Assembly (NCBI GenBank): GCA_900320095.1
Contig: ONQZ01000007.1
Span: forward strand, 534 to 64,533
DNA length: 64,000 nucleotides
Direction of reading: 5' to 3'
Origin: an uncultured Lentisphaerota bacterium
GTDB lineage: Bacteria; Verrucomicrobiota; Lentisphaeria; Victivallales; UBA1829
Shown: positions 8,321-16,898 of the stretch, piece by piece
Layout of the letters: every line of letters starts with the position of its first letter
Position numbering within the stretch: position 1 is the stretch's first letter
Translations under genes and position numbers: made by a program
Notes under the pieces: model-generated
What the model saw: the letters and a program-made list of their open reading frames with translations, nothing else
Databases searched by the model: none
Told to the model about the DNA's origin: nothing

Positions 8321-9781
8321 TCACTCGTGGAAGACGATCGCCTCGAACACGGTGAACGACGCCCCCTCGCGCCAGGCATCAGGCGGAAGCCCGGCCTTCA
8401 TCGAGAGGTTGGTCAGCGTCTCCTCGATGCCCCAGCCCTGTTCCGGCGCGACCTGCGGAAGGAAGACCGCGGACCGTCCGTTTTTGGTCAGGGTCATGCC
8501 GTGGCGGCCGATCACGATGTCGTGCCAGGAGCCGACCGGGACGGCGGGCGTGAGGGCGGAGATCTCGATCTCGACGCTGGCGAATTCCTGCGCGGTGAGC
8601 GGGAGGAACCTCGGATCGCGGAACGCGGCGTCGACGGCGCGCCCGAGGACGGCTTTCCAGAGCGGGCGGTACGGCTGGATTTCGCCGATGCAGCCGCGCA
8701 GCCGATGGTTCTGTTTGAGGCTGAGCGTTACGAACGCGCCCATGTTTTTGCGGAGCGCGGGGGACAGCGCGGCCTGGTTCACGCCGAGCGCGTCCGCCGT
8801 GGGGACCATGCGCGTGTTCAGGGCGTACTGGATGGCGCGGCGGGCGAGGTCAAGCAGGAAGGACTTGTCAACGGCGGAGAGCGAGCCGGAATCCGCTTCC
8901 GAAGCTGTTTCGGTCCGCTCCGGCGCGGGCGGGAACTCAGCATGGAATCCGATGGAGCAGTAGCAGACGAACCGGGAGAAGTCGCGGGATTCGTCCGAGC
9001 TGGTGGCGTAGTGGAGCACGGAGCCGGTGCAGCCGGTCGGGAGCATCCGGAGCGCGGCGCGGATCGGCTCGCGTCCGCAGATGGTCGCGCCGGATTCGTC
9101 CACGATGCGCTCGAACTGGGCGGTGTCATGGCGGGCGATTGCGTCGGCGGCGTCGAGGTTGAGCGCGCGCGTCTTCGCCTCGGTGTCCTGCGGGAAGGGT
9201 TCGTAGTCGAAGTCGCTGCCGTAGTGGATGAAATCCGAGCTGACGACCAGGAGCACGTCGTCGAAGAGGAACGGCTTCAGCGCGGCGGCGAGGGCGTCGG
9301 CGGCGCGCGGGCTCAGATTGCCGACGATGACCGGCAGGAGCTTGAAGTCGCCGAGGCAGTGCTGAAGGAACGGATACTGGATCTGTGTGCTGTGTTCGAC
9401 CCGGTGCACGCCGTCGTCCGCGCGGAACATCGCTTCGCCGAGCAGGGCGTTGCGCATGGCGGTGTCCAGCGGGATCGTGCCGAGCGGCGTGGAGACGGCG
9501 TCGGACATCGGCAGGACCGCGAGGTCGCGGATGCCGTAGCGGTGGCTCGGCGCGAGCAGGATCACGCGGCGGATCTTTTTGCGGTCGATAGCGGCGTAGG
9601 CGCAGCCCGCGGTCGGCCCGGAGTACGGATACCCGGCGTGCGGCACGACGAGCACGTTGCACGGCGTATCCGGCACGGGGCAGGGGGCCAGGAACGAGTC
9701 GATCATGGCTTTGAGGCGGGCGGGGTTGCCGGGATACCAGGAACCGGCGATGGTCGATGCGAGAGTCTGGGATTCGGACAT
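8321..9781 (-). CDS. AmmeMemoRadiSam protein B (MEMO1-like) fused to protein A (AMMECR1 domain), 486 aa
   Basis: Start MSESQTLASTIAGSWYPG (AAGGAG RBS). MEMO motifs VVPHAGYPYSG, EHSTQIQYPFLQ, SSDFIHYG, TICG. AMMECR1 motifs GAFVTL, LRGCIG, AAFRDPRF, IEISALT, GRHG, FLPQVAPEQGW, LSMKAGL. Confidence 0.92.
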   Translation of the reverse strand: MSESQTLASTIAGSWYPGNPARLKAMIDSFLAPCPVPDTPCNVLVVPHAGYPYSGPTAGCAYAAIDRKKIRRVILLAPSHRYGIRDLAVLPMSDAVSTPLGTIPLDTAMRNALLGEAMFRADDGVHRVEHSTQIQYPFLQHCLGDFKLLPVIVGNLSPRAADALAAALKPFLFDDVLLVVSSDFIHYGSDFDYEPFPQDTEAKTRALNLDAADAIARHDTAQFERIVDESGATICGREPIRAALRMLPTGCTGSVLHYATSSDESRDFSRFVCYCSIGFHAEFPPAPERTETASEADSGSLSAVDKSFLLDLARRAIQYALNTRMVPTADALGVNQAALSPALRKNMGAFVTLSLKQNHRLRGCIGEIQPYRPLWKAVLGRAVDAAFRDPRFLPLTAQEFASVEIEISALTPAVPVGSWHDIVIGRHGMTLTKNGRSAVFLPQVAPEQGWGIEETLTNLSMKAGLPPDAWREGASFTVFEAIVFHE

Positions 9782-9831
9782 GATGTGTGTGCTCCTTCCG
9801 TGGAAACCGATAAAATGCGTTTTTAACGGAA

Positions 9832-9859
9832 AACATATCACAGGTTCCGGGAAATGCAA
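9832..9859 (-). promoter_or_regulatory. Promoter of the MEMO-AMMECR1 gene
   Basis: TTGCAT-16-TATGTT with an extended TG. Confidence 0.55.
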
Positions 9860-9883
9860 GCCGGAAACCGAAAAACTTGCGCG

Positions 9884-9968
9884 CGTGGCGCGGACGGATG
9901 GGGTGTTTCGAGCCTGATCCGTGGCGCGGACGGATGGGGTGTTTCGAGCCTGATCCGGGGCGCGGACG
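9884..9968. repeat. 36-bp tandem repeat, two perfect copies plus a partial third
   Basis: CGTGGCGCGGACGGATGGGGTGTTTCGAGCCTGATC at 9884-9919 and 9920-9955, then CGGGGCGCGGACG; no spacer. Confidence 0.95.
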
Positions 9969-10024
9969 CCGTCGCTTTTCTCCGCCTCACAGCAAGTTTT
10001 TTCCGTAAAAAAACACTTCCGCGC

Positions 10025-10052
10025 TTGATTTTTCCGGATTCGGGGGTATAGT
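10025..10052 (+). promoter_or_regulatory. Promoter of tRNA-Cys
   Basis: TTGATT-16-TATAGT, 19 nt upstream of the tRNA. Confidence 0.6.
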
Positions 10053-10071
10053 AAAATGATTGCTTTGCAAC

Positions 10072-10147
10072 GGCGTGATGGTCGAGCGGCTAAGGCAACG
10101 GTTTGCAAAACCGGTTCTGGTGGGTTCAACTCCCACTCACGCCTCCA
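10072..10147 (+). tRNA. tRNA-Cys (GCA)
   Basis: Acceptor stem GGCGTGA/TCACGCC, U73 discriminator, encoded CCA, anticodon loop TTGCAAA, T-arm GTGGG-TTCAACT-CCCAC. Confidence 0.95.
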
Positions 10148-10162
10148 ATTCGCCCCCTCCTT

Positions 10163-10207
10163 GAGGCGGCAGGGTTCCCCCTCATTTTCCCTGCTGCCTC
10201 TTTTTTT
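10163..10207 (+). terminator. Rho-independent terminator of tRNA-Cys
   Basis: GAGGCGGCAGGG...CCCTGCTGCCTC followed by T7. Confidence 0.8.
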
Positions 10208-10360
10208 GTGTCCGCGTCTCCCGGAGCATTTCCTTCTGCGAATGATCAAAGAAACTTTTTTCGTTCAAAACATATGGATTCCTCTTGTTTTTTTCGTTCT
10301 TTGGTGGTACATTATTAAGAAGAAACAATTCACACTGCATTCGGAGTTTTCAGGTTTACC

Positions 10361-11596
10361 ATGAGGACGGCACATATCATCCGTCGCTTTGCTTTCTCGG
10401 AATGGGGCGGTACCGAAAGCGTTGTCTGGAATACGGCCCGTACCTTGCAGGAGAAGGGCAATCCGTCCGAGATCTTTGCGACCCGGGCTCTTTCGTCGGT
10501 TCAGGACGAGGTGAAGAACACGATCCAGATCCACCGGTTCAACTACCGGTATCCGCGTTTCCCTCTGTCGAAGGAGAAAATCCGTGCCCTTGACAAAAAA
10601 GGCGGAGACCCCGTCGTGCCAGGACTTCAAAGAGCGCTGAGGAAAGGCGAGTTCGATATCCTGCACTGTCATACCATGGGACGCATGGCCGCCACGGTCC
10701 GCGCCGCCGCGAAACAGCTGCATGTCCCGTACATCATGACGCTTCACGGCGGATATTTCGATGTGCCTGCCTCGGAACTCCAGCAGATGATGAAGCCGAT
10801 GAAGGGGACGATCCCCTACGGCAATATTATAGACCGTATGTTCGGACGCCGGGTCGATGCGCTGAAGCTCGCCAACGGCATCGTGTGCGTCGGCGAGAAC
10901 GAGCTTCAGCCCGCGAAGGAGCATTTCCCGGACAAGCCGGTCATTCATCTGCCGAACGGCGTGAACTACCAGTATTTCCATGACTACGCCAGCACCGATT
11001 TCCGCAAGCAGGTCGGGATTCCTCAGGACCATAAGATACTGCTTTGCGTTTCCCGTCTCGACTATCAGAAAAACCAGCTCATGCTTCCCGAAGTTCTGGC
11101 GATTCTCGGGGAACCGTGGCATCTTGTGTTTATCGGCGCGTCCACGGCGGAATGGTATGTAGACAAACTCCGCGAAAAAATCAATCTCATGAAGCTCGCT
11201 GACCGCGTGACTCTTCTCAACGGCGTGCCGCCGGATTCCTCCATGCTGCCTGCCGCCTACCACGCGGCGTCGGCTTTCCTGCTGCCCTCCCTGCACGAAC
11301 CGTTCGGCATCGTGGTGCTGGAGGCGTGGAGTTCCGGGACACCGGTGATCGTGTCGCCGGTCGGCGGACTGAAGACGCTCGTCCGCGACGGGGAAACCGG
11401 GTTCTTCGCTCCCGCGGAAGGCGCGCCCGACGAATGGGCCGCCCTGATCCGGAAACTGGATGAGGACGCCGAGCTGCGCGGCAGGATCACGGAAGCCGCC
11501 GACACCGAGGTCCGGGAGCATTATTCCTGGGACATCATCACGGACCGGCTGCTGGATTTCTATCAGGACGTTCAGCGTCTCTATCGCCGCCGCTGA
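10361..11596 (+). CDS. GT4-family glycosyltransferase
   Basis: WGGTESVV, DILHCH, CVSRLDYQKNQ, PSLHEPFGIVVLEAWSSGTPVI (EX7E motif); upstream TTGTTT-17-TACATT at 10285-10313. Confidence 0.93.
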   Translation: MRTAHIIRRFAFSEWGGTESVVWNTARTLQEKGNPSEIFATRALSSVQDEVKNTIQIHRFNYRYPRFPLSKEKIRALDKKGGDPVVPGLQRALRKGEFDILHCHTMGRMAATVRAAAKQLHVPYIMTLHGGYFDVPASELQQMMKPMKGTIPYGNIIDRMFGRRVDALKLANGIVCVGENELQPAKEHFPDKPVIHLPNGVNYQYFHDYASTDFRKQVGIPQDHKILLCVSRLDYQKNQLMLPEVLAILGEPWHLVFIGASTAEWYVDKLREKINLMKLADRVTLLNGVPPDSSMLPAAYHAASAFLLPSLHEPFGIVVLEAWSSGTPVIVSPVGGLKTLVRDGETGFFAPAEGAPDEWAALIRKLDEDAELRGRITEAADTEVREHYSWDIITDRLLDFYQDVQRLYRRR

Positions 11597-11689
11597 CGCG
11601 GCCGGTATGATGGTGTCCGGCAGGTCTTTGTCCGCTGCCTGAAAAACTCAGATTCCTTCCCTCGTTTTTATTCCGGGGGAGGACTGTGC

Positions 11690-12463
11690 TTACATGTTCG
11701 TCGGGATGTCGACGAATGCCGTTTCGATGCCGAACTTCGACTTCACGAGGTCCATGACGGCGAACACGCCGGGCGTCTCGGAACGGTAATGTCCGAGTGT
11801 GAGAATGGTCGTTCCGCTTTCCTTCGCGGGGTGGAAGACCTCATGCGTGGCTTCGCCCGTGATGAGGCAGTCCACCTGGTCCTCTTCATCGAACATGTCC
11901 GGCCATGCGCCGCCGCCGGAAATGACGCCGACGGACTTTACAGATTGCGCGGGATCGCCGACGAACCCGAACGGCCCGCTCGACGGCAGCGCCTTGTCGA
12001 GGGCCTGCGCGAGCTCGGAAACGGTCTTTTGTTCGGGCAGGATCCCCTGGAACCCGATCTGCTTGCCGTGATAGGAACCGAAGGTGCGGCGTTCGGTGAG
12101 CCCGATCATGTCCGCGAGGCGCGCGTTGTGTCCGAACCTCGGATTCGCGTCGAGCGGGAGGTGCGCGGCGTAGAGAGAGATGCCGTTCGCGGCGAGCAGC
12201 CTGATGCGTTCCGCCAGAATGCCGTCGATGCGGCGGATGCCGGAGCCCCAGGAGATGCCGTGATGGACAAAGATGAAGCCCGCGTCGAGATCGGCGGCCC
12301 TGCAGAAGAGCTCGGCGGAGGCGTCGACCGCGAAGACCGCCTTTTCGACCTCGGCGTCGCCCTCGAACTGAAGGCCGTTGTTAGACGGGTCGTCGGGCCA
12401 CTGGTCGAGTTCGAGGATGTGGTCGAGAAAGCGGACGATGTCATTCCGGGATGCTGTTTTCAT
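11690..12463 (-). CDS. Nif3-like dinuclear metal centre protein (YbgI/NIF3 family)
   Basis: NNGLQFEG, AVDAS, VHHGISW, LYAAHLPLD, HNARLA, ITGE, GHYRSE. Confidence 0.93.
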   Translation of the reverse strand: MKTASRNDIVRFLDHILELDQWPDDPSNNGLQFEGDAEVEKAVFAVDASAELFCRAADLDAGFIFVHHGISWGSGIRRIDGILAERIRLLAANGISLYAAHLPLDANPRFGHNARLADMIGLTERRTFGSYHGKQIGFQGILPEQKTVSELAQALDKALPSSGPFGFVGDPAQSVKSVGVISGGGAWPDMFDEEDQVDCLITGEATHEVFHPAKESGTTILTLGHYRSETPGVFAVMDLVKSKFGIETAFVDIPTNM

Positions 12464-13403
12464 GCGGAGTCTCCGTTGTCTGGTGTTGGAACCGGTGAAT
12501 CAGAATCTGCCAGCGCAGTTCGGTATTGGATTTGTTTTCGAGGTATTGTTGGATTTCGCTGTCCGGGGTCCGGGCGAGCGTGCGGATCTCGTCCGCGGTC
12601 ATGCGGAACATCGCGGCGTCCGGATTCGCGAATCCGTTCTTTTCGAGCTTTGACCGTGCCGCGAAAAACCTGCGCCGGTCCGGGATGTTCCGCGCGATCA
12701 GGAACACAGGGAACGCGAACGCAAGGATCCAGAACGGCCAGATCGGAAGGCGCAGAAGGCCGGAATACACGACGATCTGGGCGACGAGCAGCAGGACGAC
12801 CGGGATCAGGAACGCGATCGCGTCCCATTCGCGGCGGAAACAGTTTCCCGTCCAGCGCCGGAACGCGCTGTCCGAGGTCATGTAGGCGAAATGCTCCTCG
12901 TAGGGTTCGTTCTCCAGGCAGCCGCGCACCGCGTGGCAGAGCTCGTGCGCGAGGAGTTCGTCGCGGCGGTAGATGAACCATTTCGGTTTCGAGCGAAACC
13001 CTCGGCGCAGAAAGAAGACGGGAAAACCGGAGTCGGTGATGACCGTGCAGCCGCCCCAGAGCAGTCCGAGGCCGCGCGTCGGGAAGAATGCCGGGACCCA
13101 GTCGGCGCGGAATCCGAAGAGCTTCTCCGTTTTATCGGCGGCTTCTGCGACGATCTCCGTTCCGATCGGCTCGACGGTCCCGACCTTGAACCCGATCTCT
13201 GCCTCCAGCGATTCGGAGCCGCCCCGGTCGTCTTCCGTGCAGAGATCGAACCTGGCGCGCGTACGGAGCAGTTCGTCGATGCGTGCCGCGAACGCCTCCA
13301 GCGTCTCTCCGGGCGCGGCGATCAGCCCGTGCGAATCAAGTTCGTACGGAGTCTCCGGGTTGTCCCAGTTGACGGACCAGTTTTCTGTACCGTTGAATAT
13401 CAC
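12441..13403 (-). CDS. HExxH-containing membrane protein, putative zinc metallopeptidase (320 aa)
   Basis: DELLAHELCHAVR...YEEHFAY followed by two TM helices; GTG start; overlaps the Nif3 start by 23 nt. Confidence 0.7.
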   Translation of the reverse strand: MIFNGTENWSVNWDNPETPYELDSHGLIAAPGETLEAFAARIDELLRTRARFDLCTEDDRGGSESLEAEIGFKVGTVEPIGTEIVAEAADKTEKLFGFRADWVPAFFPTRGLGLLWGGCTVITDSGFPVFFLRRGFRSKPKWFIYRRDELLAHELCHAVRGCLENEPYEEHFAYMTSDSAFRRWTGNCFRREWDAIAFLIPVVLLLVAQIVVYSGLLRLPIWPFWILAFAFPVFLIARNIPDRRRFFAARSKLEKNGFANPDAAMFRMTADEIRTLARTPDSEIQQYLENKSNTELRWQILIHRFQHQTTETPHENSIPE

Positions 13404-13686
13404 GAAAAGGCTTTCAGTTTGTAGTTGTGTTAAACCGGAATGCGGTTCCTGCCCGTGAGCTTGACGGAAAAAACTGCGAACCGCACTTTCATCTATAATG
13501 TTGTACCCGATGTCCGATTTTTCAAGCCGTATTTCCTCAAAAAAAAGAAAAAAGACCTGTCCCGCAGAAAAAAAAGCCCAATTTCCGTGTGATTCCGGCT
13601 ATGGGCTGTTCTATCTGTCACCCGCTTCCCCATGATCCTGCCTGCATTTTTCCTCCGTTTTTGAACAAAAAAAGAAAGAAATATGA

Positions 13687-13715
13687 TTGACTTTGAAAGA
13701 TACACCGGATATATT
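13687..13715 (+). promoter_or_regulatory. Promoter of the flippase gene
   Basis: TTGACT-17-TATATT; the ORF-track TTG start at 13687 is this -35 box. Confidence 0.75.
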
Positions 13716-13782
13716 ATATCGTTTATACATTTTTTTCCCGAAGTCTAAAACTCTTTTCCAGTTCAAAACGCATCTTCCGCCC

Positions 13783-15318
13783 ATGCAAGTGTCCGTCGCA
13801 AAGAATACCGCCACGAATTATCTGGTGATCCTGGTCCGCTTTTTTCAGGGACTTCTGGTCACTCGCTGGTTGATCGGTTACCTCGGCGACAGCGGTTATG
13901 GTTTCTGGATGCTGCTCTGGTCTTTCTTCGGATATGCGATCCTTGTTGACTTCGGTTTCGGTATTGCCGGGCAAAAATACACCTCGCAGGAGCTTTTCAA
14001 GCGGGACATCCGGCATTACAATGCCATCATTTCCATGATTTTTACGTTTCATACCCTGATGGCGCTTCTGATTGTCTTCGGAGCGTTCATTGCATCGTTT
14101 TACCTGGAAAAACTGTTCAATGTCCATGATCCGGTTCTGCTTGCATATTACCGGAAATGTTTTTTCGTTTTCTCGTTTGGAACCGCGGTGATTTTTTCCT
14201 TCAGCGTTTTGAATGAGGTTCTGATCGGCTTGCATAAGATTTATGTGAACAATTATATTCTTACTGTGGGCCGTCTCTTTGAGCTTTTCGGATTCCTTAT
14301 CATCCTGAAATGCCGGGGCGGCTTGCTCGGGATCATTTGTTACGAATTGTGTGTCATGGCTGCTGAACGGATCGTTGCATGGATTTGTATCGTACGCATG
14401 ATTCCCGGATTCCGGATGCGGCTCCATCTTTTTGACCGTGAAGTGTTTCGCGAGGTGTTCGGTTTTTCAAGCGGCACCTATTTTCTGTCGCTGGCGAGGC
14501 TTCTTCGAGGCCAGACGCGAAACCCGATTATCAGTAAATACTGCGGACTGGATTTCGTGGGTATCTTCAGTATCTCCAACCGCCTGTCCGAACTGTGCAA
14601 TCAGGCGATCGGGCAATATAACAACAATGTTCGTCCCGTGACTGCGCAGCTCTTTCACCGCAGACGTTTCCGGATGCTGCGGGAATTCATAGTGAAATCC
14701 ATGCAGTGGAATATGTTTATGAGCTGTCTGATCATTATTCCCGCCTTTTTTTTGCGTGACGAGGCCATTACAGCTCTTTTTAAGAAGGAAGTTACTCCAT
14801 TGATCCATGATTTGAGCTTTCTTTCTCTGCTGGGGGTCTTCGCGTGGCTTGTCATGACTCAGATTCCGGCATCTGTGCTGCTGATGTGCGAAAAACATCA
14901 GCTTTCGGCTTGTGTCTCAATGATTGAAGCGATTATAATAATCACTCTGAACATCCTGTTCCTCCGGAGGGGGACCAGTATCGTCTGTATTGAGATCATT
15001 TCTTTGATAACAAGCGTTTTCTTCTTTGCGGTTGTCCGGTTCCCTGTTATGGAGAAGCTCATTCATGGAAGAATTCTGCGTGATATATGGAATATCTATG
15101 TCCCGTCTCTGCTGGCCGCCGTTCCCGCGGTCCTGGCCCTGCTTCTTTGCAGGAAGGTCCTGCTCGGACACGTTCACAATTTCCTGCTCTGCGCCGTCTG
15201 CGGAAGCGTCTACGCCATTATCTACGTGCTGACCGCCTGGCAGTTTCTGCTCGGACGGACGAAGAAAGAGCTGTGGAAACGCCGCGTGATGATCCGCGTG
15301 CGGAAATACCTGAAATGA
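13783..15318 (+). CDS. Wzx/MOP-superfamily oligosaccharide flippase (511 aa)
   Basis: MQVSVAKNTATNYL..., YLGDSGYGFW, VDFGFG; about 12-14 hydrophobic segments. Confidence 0.8.
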   Translation: MQVSVAKNTATNYLVILVRFFQGLLVTRWLIGYLGDSGYGFWMLLWSFFGYAILVDFGFGIAGQKYTSQELFKRDIRHYNAIISMIFTFHTLMALLIVFGAFIASFYLEKLFNVHDPVLLAYYRKCFFVFSFGTAVIFSFSVLNEVLIGLHKIYVNNYILTVGRLFELFGFLIILKCRGGLLGIICYELCVMAAERIVAWICIVRMIPGFRMRLHLFDREVFREVFGFSSGTYFLSLARLLRGQTRNPIISKYCGLDFVGIFSISNRLSELCNQAIGQYNNNVRPVTAQLFHRRRFRMLREFIVKSMQWNMFMSCLIIIPAFFLRDEAITALFKKEVTPLIHDLSFLSLLGVFAWLVMTQIPASVLLMCEKHQLSACVSMIEAIIIITLNILFLRRGTSIVCIEIISLITSVFFFAVVRFPVMEKLIHGRILRDIWNIYVPSLLAAVPAVLALLLCRKVLLGHVHNFLLCAVCGSVYAIIYVLTAWQFLLGRTKKELWKRRVMIRVRKYLK

Positions 15319-15333
15319 GTCTGATGAAGGTAT

Positions 15334-15364
15334 AAAAAAAGCGCCGGATCTCAAACCCGGCGCT
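15334..15364 (-). terminator. Terminator between the convergent flippase and 15440-16054 genes
   Basis: AGCGCCGG/CCGGCGCT stem with an A7 tract on the plus side (U-tract on minus). Confidence 0.7.
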
Positions 15365-15439
15365 GAAGCATGATTGGATGATTTGTCCCTGTGCCGGAGC
15401 GCAAGCCCGGCACAAACGCAGTGAAGGCTGTGCCTTCCC

Positions 15440-16054
15440 TCAGGTGCTGTGAAGCAGATCCCGGAATTCGTTTGTCGCGTCGTGCATGGTGCGCACGAAT
15501 TCGCCGATTGTGGCGTCCTCTTCCGGCGTGAGATACTGCTCCACGATGCCGCTGAAGAACGTCTGTTCCGCCGCGTCCGAAAATCTGTCGAAGTCGTCGC
15601 GGATGCGGTCGAGCTCTTCCGGCGGGATCTCATGGATGTTCTCGCGCATCATGTCGAGGCCGCTCCGCACGAAGAGCGTCGTCTGGTGCATCTGGTCGTT
15701 CAGGCGGGCGCGTTCATGCGGCGCGAGGGCACGGTATTCCTCCAGCCCCTTCACGAGTTCCTCCTCGAACTCCTCCGGCGTCGGCACTTGGCCGAAGTCA
15801 TCGCCGTCGGGCAGGAGGCGCGTCACGTCGCCGCGTCTGCTGTCGTGGAATCCGCCTCCGCCTCCTCGTCTTCCGCGCCGGCGCGGACGGTCCTGATTCT
15901 GCTGTTCCTCTTCCCGCGGCTCCTCGACCGCGGTCACTTCGGCCTGCGGTTTCCGGTTGCGCGCGTTGATCGTGAGGATGACGGCTGTGGCGGCGGATAT
16001 GATACAGGCGCAGAGTCCCAGTGAATACAATGCCGTTCTGGTTTTCTGATTCAT
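15440..16054 (-). CDS. Hypothetical single-TM protein with Arg/Gly-rich linker and helical acidic domain
   Basis: N-terminal TM, RPRRRGRRGGGGGF linker, host-like codon use; own promoter TTGAAA-16-TATATT at 16105-16132. Confidence 0.7.
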   Translation of the reverse strand: MNQKTRTALYSLGLCACIISAATAVILTINARNRKPQAEVTAVEEPREEEQQNQDRPRRRGRRGGGGGFHDSRRGDVTRLLPDGDDFGQVPTPEEFEEELVKGLEEYRALAPHERARLNDQMHQTTLFVRSGLDMMRENIHEIPPEELDRIRDDFDRFSDAAEQTFFSGIVEQYLTPEEDATIGEFVRTMHDATNEFRDLLHST

Positions 16055-16085
16055 TTTTTTTCCCTTCCGATAGACAAGCAGCTTA

Positions 16086-16892
16086 TTATTTCGGTAATCC
16101 AGTTAATATAGCATCCCCCTCATGGATTTCAAGCGGCGATTCGTTGTTTTTGATCGTTTTTGCGGAAACAGCCGCATCCGGAGGTTCGCTGGCCCGGTCT
16201 TCGGGTGAGCCCGGAGTAGCCTTCTGTTCCTGACGGTCCTCATGCTCCGCGCTGAACAGGTCGGGCGACAGGAACATCACCTCTCTGGAGAGCGCGAAGA
16301 TGTCGTCGGCGAGGAAAAACAGCAGGAAGATCAGGAAGATCGTGACGCCCTTCGCGAATTCGGAATGGACGTTTCTCAGGCGCGGCACGTATTCCGTCAG
16401 CGCGTTCCAGCCGTCGAGCCCGGGGATCGGGAGCAGGTTGAAGATGCACAGGAAAAGGTTGTAGACGCCGAGCAAAAGAAACAGCTCCAGGATCGTTATC
16501 CCGGCGTCTTCGTTTTCGACCAGGTTCCAGATGCGCGTCGAGAGGAATCCGAAGAAGAAAAAGCCGACCAGGAAGAGCCCGAAGTTGGTCGCCGGGCCCG
16601 CCAGCGCGACGATCGCCGGCGCATGGCGGTTTCTTGCCCGAAGAAGCGGCGGATTGACCGGGACGGCGCCCCACGCGAATCCGAGCAGCAGGAACATGAT
16701 GATGGACATCGGCCCCATCTGCTTCAGCGGGTTCAAGGTCAGGTGTCCGCGGTCGGCCGCGGTCGTGTCGCCGAACTTCAGCGCGGTCCACGCGTGGAAG
16801 AACTCGTGCAGGCAGATGGAGAAGACCACGACGAGCGTGATCATGAAGAACATTTTGGTGTCTTTGTATACCAGAAAAAGGAAGATGTCCAT
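16086..16892 (-). CDS. Site-2 protease, peptidase M50 family
   Basis: LHEFFHA (HExxH in TM), LTLNPL, VALAGP, FNLLPIPGLDG (NxxPxxxLDG). Confidence 0.92.
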   Translation of the reverse strand: MDIFLFLVYKDTKMFFMITLVVVFSICLHEFFHAWTALKFGDTTAADRGHLTLNPLKQMGPMSIIMFLLLGFAWGAVPVNPPLLRARNRHAPAIVALAGPATNFGLFLVGFFFFGFLSTRIWNLVENEDAGITILELFLLLGVYNLFLCIFNLLPIPGLDGWNALTEYVPRLRNVHSEFAKGVTIFLIFLLFFLADDIFALSREVMFLSPDLFSAEHEDRQEQKATPGSPEDRASEPPDAAVSAKTIKNNESPLEIHEGDAILTGLPK

Positions 16893-16898
16893 GGAGCG

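Noticed and set aside
9884-9968. 36-bp repeat as a CRISPR array
   Set aside because: Units are contiguous with no spacers, and there are no cas genes.
10072-10147. tRNA-Cys as an island integration site
   Set aside because: No integrase, and I noticed no duplicated tRNA 3' end in the window; it has its own intact terminator.
9782-10249. N-terminal 156-aa extension of the MEMO-AMMECR1 ORF
   Set aside because: Runs antisense through tRNA-Cys, two promoters and a tandem repeat; the RBS and domain start support the ATG at 9781.
13687-13782. TTG start and 32 extra codons for the flippase
   Set aside because: The TTG is the -35 box of a TTGACT-17-TATATT promoter, so it is upstream of the transcript.
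16086-16892. Membrane protease as the sortase for the CTERM cargo
   Set aside because: It has M50 metalloprotease motifs (HExxH, NxxPxxxLDG), not the exosortase Cys-Arg-His or rhomboid Ser-His sites.
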